A DNA stretch of 64,000 nucleotides, taken from positions 1,798,001-1,862,000 of the forward strand of contig OX337238.1 of NCBI GenBank assembly GCA_946965045.2, in the 5' to 3' direction. This document shows, one piece after another, positions 58,300 through 64,000 of the stretch. Origin of the DNA: Epithemia pelagica. Its lineage: Eukaryota; Protista; Bacillariophyta. Position 1 is the stretch's first letter; each line of letters begins with the position of its first letter. The position numbers were made by a program, and so were the translations under genes. A model generated the notes under the pieces. The model was not told the DNA's origin. It saw nothing but the letters and a program-made list of their open reading frames with translations, and did no database searches.

Positions 58300-60006
58300 A
58301 TGTCATCGTTGCATTCTCCCCAGATTTGGAAGAAGAAAGGAAATCGAGTCGACACTCCCACTGTAACAAGAAAGGAATCATATGAGGATTACAATCTTTC
58401 ACCTCCGAAAGTACCCAGGAAGAAAGCTTTCGACGACGCAGTGAGAGCGATTAATCGCGATTTTCCAAAACTTCATGTTGCATGGGAAAGCAACGGAGAA
58501 AAGGTTAAATGGACTATGATCGGGAATGGTGAACAAGTGGAGCTACAATTTCGGACATGCCGTGTTTTACTTTTCCTCTACAGTCGAAATTTTATGATGA
58601 CTGCGAATCAGGTACGACGCAAGGAAGCTGTTAAGGAAATTCTGGGAAATAAGGCCGATCGCATCCACCAAGTAATGGATGTCGACGGAGACATTGATCT
58701 ATCAAACCAAGAGGCCTATCAGATTCATTACATCCGGGCCTGTACATCGATTCACCGCTTCTTTCAACAAATCGGGACAACAGGATTTTCCCGAGACATG
58801 TCCGACGTGACGTATTACTTTCGAATGCAAAAGCATGGTGGTTGCTTCCTTCAAGCACCATGTGTAGCCATGTCCTACGTGTTGGGTGTTTGCGGCCAAC
58901 CAATGCCACCGAGCAATGTGTCGCGACTGGTCCGGCACCATTTTACTGACAAAGAGTTGATGGACTTCGTTGTAAGGGACAGCGGTGGTGACTCTTCGCG
59001 GATCTTTGAGATTCTGGAGAAAAAATTCTTCGTTTCCAACTCCAGGCGTATGCAGTCTCTAATCACTGCCTCGTATCTGTCTGAGCCAATGGAACTTAAT
59101 AGACTCACCACGGAACTTGCAAAACAACCTCTTTTGGTTTCGAGATTTGCATTTCCAGACAACTTTTGGTGCAAACCACCTTCACAAGACGTGAGAAGCA
59201 AATGTCCTGACTTGGACTATTTTCTCCGCAACATGGAGGAGCCCGTGTTACCGAAGCATATCTGGTCGAAGATTCCTGCGGATTTGATTCCTCCTGGTGT
59301 TGCTCGTTTCTCGACATGGGGCGAACCGGCCCAATTTATTCTTTTGGACGATCCCGTCAATTCGTCATCACAAGAAGAGGAAGATGCTCTAGTAGAAGGA
59401 TGGAGAGCATTATTGAATGCAGCTGCTGTTGGCAATCAAGATGACAATGATACTCAGACTACTCTCGTAGAATCGATGCCGAGCTCTTCAAGCGATGAAA
59501 TGGAATCATCACATTCCGAGAGTTCATCTTCCTACAACGCATCCATGTTGACGACTCATGATTATTTTGAAGAGGATTTGTCCTTTCTGGACCATGATGA
59601 ACAAGATGACGATAGCGCGAGCACCTTTTGGGAAGTTGACGAACGTAGTGTCAGCACATCTTCGGAAACTGATGAATTTGGGGAAGGAGATACCACGTCA
59701 AGTCATGCAATGATTCTCCTTGGGTATCGTGAAGTGGACGGGTCAAAATATTGGCTCTTGCAGAATTCTTGGGAAGGCCCAATGCAGATCATTGAAGTCA
59801 GCACTGAATATTTGATGAGTTCGAGTGCTGGTCTTCTTTTCTACAATCTATCACACCGGCGGGTGAAAGCTCCAGCTGAATGGACCAGGCAGAATTTGAC
59901 AGGGTTTTTCTGCTCATCTCCAGTGGCAGAGAGTAGTCATCTCGAACGGAGTGACGGCGAGTGGTCAGATGGCATTTATCCCACGACGGGATACGAATCC
60001 TGCTAG
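58300..60006 (+). CDS. Divergent papain-like (clan CA, C1-like) cysteine peptidase
   Basis: QKHGGCFLQAPC (Gln...Cys), SHAMILLGY (His) and YWLLQNSW (Asn), with a long acidic/Ser-rich insert. Confidence 0.7.
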   Translation: MSSLHSPQIWKKKGNRVDTPTVTRKESYEDYNLSPPKVPRKKAFDDAVRAINRDFPKLHVAWESNGEKVKWTMIGNGEQVELQFRTCRVLLFLYSRNFMMTANQVRRKEAVKEILGNKADRIHQVMDVDGDIDLSNQEAYQIHYIRACTSIHRFFQQIGTTGFSRDMSDVTYYFRMQKHGGCFLQAPCVAMSYVLGVCGQPMPPSNVSRLVRHHFTDKELMDFVVRDSGGDSSRIFEILEKKFFVSNSRRMQSLITASYLSEPMELNRLTTELAKQPLLVSRFAFPDNFWCKPPSQDVRSKCPDLDYFLRNMEEPVLPKHIWSKIPADLIPPGVARFSTWGEPAQFILLDDPVNSSSQEEEDALVEGWRALLNAAAVGNQDDNDTQTTLVESMPSSSSDEMESSHSESSSSYNASMLTTHDYFEEDLSFLDHDEQDDDSASTFWEVDERSVSTSSETDEFGEGDTTSSHAMILLGYREVDGSKYWLLQNSWEGPMQIIEVSTEYLMSSSAGLLFYNLSHRRVKAPAEWTRQNLTGFFCSSPVAESSHLERSDGEWSDGIYPTTGYESC

Positions 60007-60291
60007 GCGTGTTGTACGGACAACCGAATGATCGAGCGACTCCATTTATGTCATGATAACATGTTTTGATGAGTTCCAGCTCTTATTAAAGACTACTCCT
60101 GCTATACTTGCGCATCTTTTAGTCCTACCTACTACCTAGGTTGTCGTTCTGAGGCTTTTGAACTGTTTACATTTTGCAATGTTAAAGTGTGAGTCCTTTG
60201 TGTCATTTTGCAATCATAGTCAAAGGAGATCCCTTTCTCCGTTTGACAGAGCTCTACCTAGATGAGATGTGAGACGTGGATGTGGTAGTCT

Positions 60292-60524
60292 TGTTGAAGT
60301 ATAAGCAGGAAACGGTAGGTGAGGTAGCTGCGGAGAAGGTGAAGGACCAATCAGCGACTAAAGATATGGATCCGGAGAATGAAGGATGGATCTTAGTCAG
60401 GCGACGTGGCAGCGGAAAAGGAACGAAGACGAAACAAGGAGAGGTTCATTCTAAGGAGATTACCTAATTCAATAGAACCTATAAACAGTTGCTTTTACAG
60501 CACGGTTTTGTTTGAGTTACAACA
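60292..60524 (+). repeat. 5' LTR of Copia element 2 (about 233 bp; partner LTR outside the window)
   Basis: TG...CA ends inferred by homology. It encodes a Pol-tail-like peptide ending HSKEIT*. Confidence 0.75.
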
Positions 60525-60538
60525 TAATCTCCATAGAA
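60525..60538 (+). promoter_or_regulatory. Non-tRNA primer binding site of element 2 (TAATCTCCATAGAA), complementary to LTR positions 60449-60462
   Basis: 13/14 complementarity, same geometry as in element 1. Confidence 0.7.
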
Positions 60539-60582
60539 ATAACAATCCTCTTTGAGACGGTTTTTGGTGTGAAGTACGGTAT

Positions 60583-61284
60583 ATGAGTGAAACAACGAAT
60601 CGGAGTGCAGAATCCAAGGTAAACGCATTATTGTCCCAATTGGCCCAATTGGCTATTGACGAGCGAGACGTTGTACAAGCCGCCGAATCGCGCTACCAGC
60701 GAACATATCACATCAAGGAGGTGCAGCACCGCGAAGCGGTGGCAGCCCTCGAGCGGAATCGCGAAGCAGAGCGCGATAACGACCATCAAGATTGTGAGAT
60801 TCGGAAGCAACGGATCTACAAAGACTTCCAAGAAAAGCGCGAGAAACTCGTGCAGGAGATTAAACGGGCCGAAGCAGAAGTGTCCCTGCCAACAACAAGT
60901 ATAGCCACCTATCCGGACCAACCCGAAGGAGGCTTCCCAGAGGAACCGGACCCGACGGCCACAGAGACAGGCCCATCGGACACTGGCAGCCCAGTGGCGC
61001 TAGTGGACGTGATCCGAGAAAACGCGGACGGTGAGATTGAAACCGAAACCAATTACCCGCACATTCCATCCCAGAAGAACGTCTTACCGCGGTGGATTCC
61101 CATTGGAACACGGGTCTGGATAATTAACCCCCTCAAGCTCAAGGAAGCAGTGTCACGAACACATCTGCAAGGGAACGTAGTTTGCCACGGAACGCTTTAT
61201 CACATCCTCAAGATTTGGAATCCAGTGACCAACAAACACGAAGAACACAGACGGCATCGTGACAACATAGCCATTGTCGAATAA
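60583..61284 (+). CDS. Extra 5' ORF of Copia element 2
   Basis: 233 aa; N-terminal coiled coil and C-terminal IGTRVWIINPLKL...KIWNPVTNKHEEHRR, matching the element 1 ORF1. Confidence 0.8.
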   Translation: MSETTNRSAESKVNALLSQLAQLAIDERDVVQAAESRYQRTYHIKEVQHREAVAALERNREAERDNDHQDCEIRKQRIYKDFQEKREKLVQEIKRAEAEVSLPTTSIATYPDQPEGGFPEEPDPTATETGPSDTGSPVALVDVIRENADGEIETETNYPHIPSQKNVLPRWIPIGTRVWIINPLKLKEAVSRTHLQGNVVCHGTLYHILKIWNPVTNKHEEHRRHRDNIAIVE

Positions 61285-61286
61285 AC

Positions 61287-64000
61287 ATGTCGTTGCAACA
61301 AGGATCCAGCCCGCGCCCAGAGACAACTCCGTCAAACGCTCGCTCTAACAACACTGGAGGCAGAGGCCGTGGACGTGGAGGACGAGGTAATCGGTCTCAA
61401 GGAAGCGTGGGGCAACAATCAAACAGCCGTTTCCAAGGGCAAGAGCCGACACTCAAGGAGTGTACGTTTGACTATTCGGAAGACCCGCAGTCAAGACGAT
61501 ATCTGCGAAACGTGGAGCTGTTGATTGGGTATGTGGGATCCAATTTCAATTGACACAACCTACAATTCCAGCAAGCGCTGGAAGACCTGGAGTTAAAAGA
61601 CCCAGACAAGCCGGCACGACCAGCCGAAGACGCGGACGCCATCACTGTAGAGGAGTGGAAAATGGCCCATAAGGCCCGCGAAGACAAACTGATCCTATAC
61701 GAGAACTTTCGAGCAGCCCTCTATAGTCTTATCTGGGGGCAATGCACCCCTTTGATGAAGGATAAGCTCCAAGCAAAAGCCAAGTTTGCAGACGTGAAAA
61801 AGACCAGAGATGGACTCGCGTTGCTTGCCTTGATTAAGGAAACGACTTTTACGTTCGATTCAGGACGTATATACAAGTTGGTCGGACGTGACAAGCTGAA
61901 AGAAGATTTCTACTGTCTCCGACGACGCAACAACCAAAGCATTCATAGTTACTATGAAGTGTTTAGAGCTAAAGTGAAGGTGTTGAAGGAGGCCGGAGTG
62001 AAGCTTTATGATGCCGATTTGGTGCCAGTGGTGGCAGCAGCCCATAAGAGAGAAAAGGCTCCAACCCAAGAGGACATCGAGGAAACAGAAGAGCGTTGCA
62101 TCGCCATTCGCTTTATCAGGACGTGTGGAAACAAGGAATACGAGTCGCACCTACAGAACATGTTTCTGGATGGTCATAACTCTTACCCAAGGACCTTAGC
62201 GGACGCACGAGCGATATTGGACAATCGGATGACAGCAAAAAACAAGCCCAATCAATCGACTGGTGGATCGCAACCTGATAATGCCACAGGAGTAGCCTAC
62301 ATGACCCATGAAAGTGACCAAGGCAGTAATACTTCAACCATTACGGACAGCCAAGCAAGCGGAGCAGAATCCGGTAACCATGCACATGCAAACAGTGGAG
62401 GTGGGGAGGATTTATGTTGTTTGCTTACACACGAGCGTGTCATCTTACCAAATTTTGTTTTCTCCTCGTCACATTCACAGGCTAGTGTGCCCAAGGGTTG
62501 GATCCTCCTGGATAACCAATCCACTGTCGATATCATTCATGATCGACGACTCCTCCAAAACATCCACACCTCTGATAGTCCCATTAACATACAAAGTCAC
62601 GCGGGAAAGAGACAATTAACCAAAAAGGGACTGCTACCAGGCTATGGCTTGGTCTGGTTTGACGAGCAGTGCCCTGCCAACATTCTATCACTCAACAATG
62701 CCACCACCAGGTTTCAAGTCAAGTATAACAGCGACGATGGCAACCAATTTACATTGCATGATCGATCATCGGGACGACTAAAGCACCGATTTCACCGTAG
62801 TCCTGATGGCCTCTATTACATGGATTCCGGCTCGCTACAAGGTAGCTTTTTAACTACTGTTAGTGAAAACGAAGCCGGTTATTCACCTGATGATGTTGCC
62901 AGAGCAAAAGCTGCCAGATCGCTCCTAGCGAAAATAGGTCGCCCATCAACCAGAGAATATATCAAGATATTGAAAAACAATTTACTACCCAACGCGAATG
63001 TCAATGAGCACGACGTACGAAGGGCCGAGAAGTTGTACGGCCCGGATTTGGGCACGTTGAAAGGAAAGACTACCAGGAGGAAGCCCCCACGGGTTGACAC
63101 CAGTCTCATTGTCCCGCCAACTATAGCCGAAGAGCACAAAGACGTGACCATCGCCATTGATGTGCTGCACGTGAACAATGTGGCGTTTCTTGCCACTATC
63201 TCTCGCCGTATCCACTTTGGCACCATTGAAGCCATCCAAAACTCCAACGACTCTACCTTGTTACACGCTTTACGCAACACCTTGTCGATCTATCGGCGAG
63301 GCGGACTGCGTCCCCGGGTCATTCTTGCCGACGGGGCGTTTACCAGCGAATACTTGAAGACCCAGCTGCAGTTAATGGGAGTAAACCTCAACCCAACAGC
63401 ACGTGATGAGCACGTGGGCGACATCGAGAGATATATAAGAACCGTGAAAGAACGCATGCGATGCGTTTACAATACACTGCCTTTCGACCAGATCCCGAAG
63501 GCCATGCTGATTGAAATGGCCAAGTTTTCTGTTTTCTGGCTCAACAGTTTCCCTCACTCGTCAGGCATCTCACAGACCGAGAGTCCACGTCGCATTGTCA
63601 CTGGAGAGTCAATTGACTATAGACGACACTGCCGTTTTGAGTTTGGGCAATATGTGCAAAGCCATGAGCAGCACGATAACACTATGGCCAAACGGACAGT
63701 GGGAGCCATAGCTTTACGTCCTACAGGCAATCGACAGGGTAGTTATTATTTTCTGAGTTTAGACAGCGGTCGCATCATCACAAGAAATCATGCAACCCCA
63801 CTACCAATCCCACAGGAAGTCATCAAGCGAGTACATCAACTAGCACAAGCGCAACAAATGCAACCAGGGCTAGTCTTTGGGAATAAAGACAACAGGATCT
63901 TGGCCATGGGTGAGGACAATCCCCTATATGACGAGGAGGATGATGACTCATACCAATCCGAAGCCGAGACTGAAGAAGATTTGCGCTATGATGAAGAGTT
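61287..64000 (+). pseudogene. Gag-Pol of element 2 with one in-frame TGA at 61551-61553
   Basis: GSNFN*HNLQFQQALE aligns to GTTFKRYNLQFQQALE. The frame appears open again from 61554 to the window end. Confidence 0.85.

Larger units (their letters stand above)
60292..64000 (+). mobile_element. Second Copia (CoDi-like) element, related to element 1, cut off by the window end
   Basis: The LTR starts TGTTGAAG as in element 1. ORF1, gag, protease (WILLDNQST) and integrase are homologous to element 1. Confidence 0.92.

Noticed and set aside
60276-60467. Small standalone gene
   Set aside because: It is the Pol-tail frame inside the 5' LTR and has no real ATG start.
1-64000. rRNA, tRNA or prokaryotic operon-type systems
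   Set aside because: I recognised no such sequences by eye, and the gene structure is spliceosomal-intron eukaryotic. tRNAscan or Infernal would be needed to exclude small RNAs.

Overview
This is eukaryotic, intron-containing nuclear DNA that looks like a pennate diatom: GT-AG introns of about 70-170 nt, ASAFAP-type plastid presequences, guanylyl-cyclase/PDE fusions and CoDi-like Copia elements. The species cannot be called from the sequence alone. Left to right it holds: three paralogous membrane cyclase-phosphodiesterase genes (only the middle one looks intact), a cyclophilin-like gene, a decayed block (frameshifted VWA gene, inward-rectifier K+ channel-like pseudogene, partial duplicate), a fucosyltransferase-like gene, a 6.6-kb piggyBac-like transposon with long imperfect TIRs bounded by CTAG and two extra ORFs, a trithorax/MLL-like SET gene, a His-phosphatase, a split kinase-like gene, a PH/EDR2-like gene, two head-to-head V-ATPase c genes, a PsbP-like gene cut by a complete Copia element, a plastid-targeted gene, a papain-like gene and a second, truncated Copia element. 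The strongest novel signal is in the two Copia elements. Neither has a tRNA-type primer binding site. In both, the 14 nt right after the 5' LTR are complementary to a 14-nt stretch inside their own LTR, with a compensatory base-pair change between the two elements. This fits Tf1-like self-primed reverse transcription in a Ty1/Copia lineage. Both also carry an extra ORF upstream of gag-pol, joined by TAA-NN-ATG. All alignments and translations beyond the supplied ORF track were done by eye.
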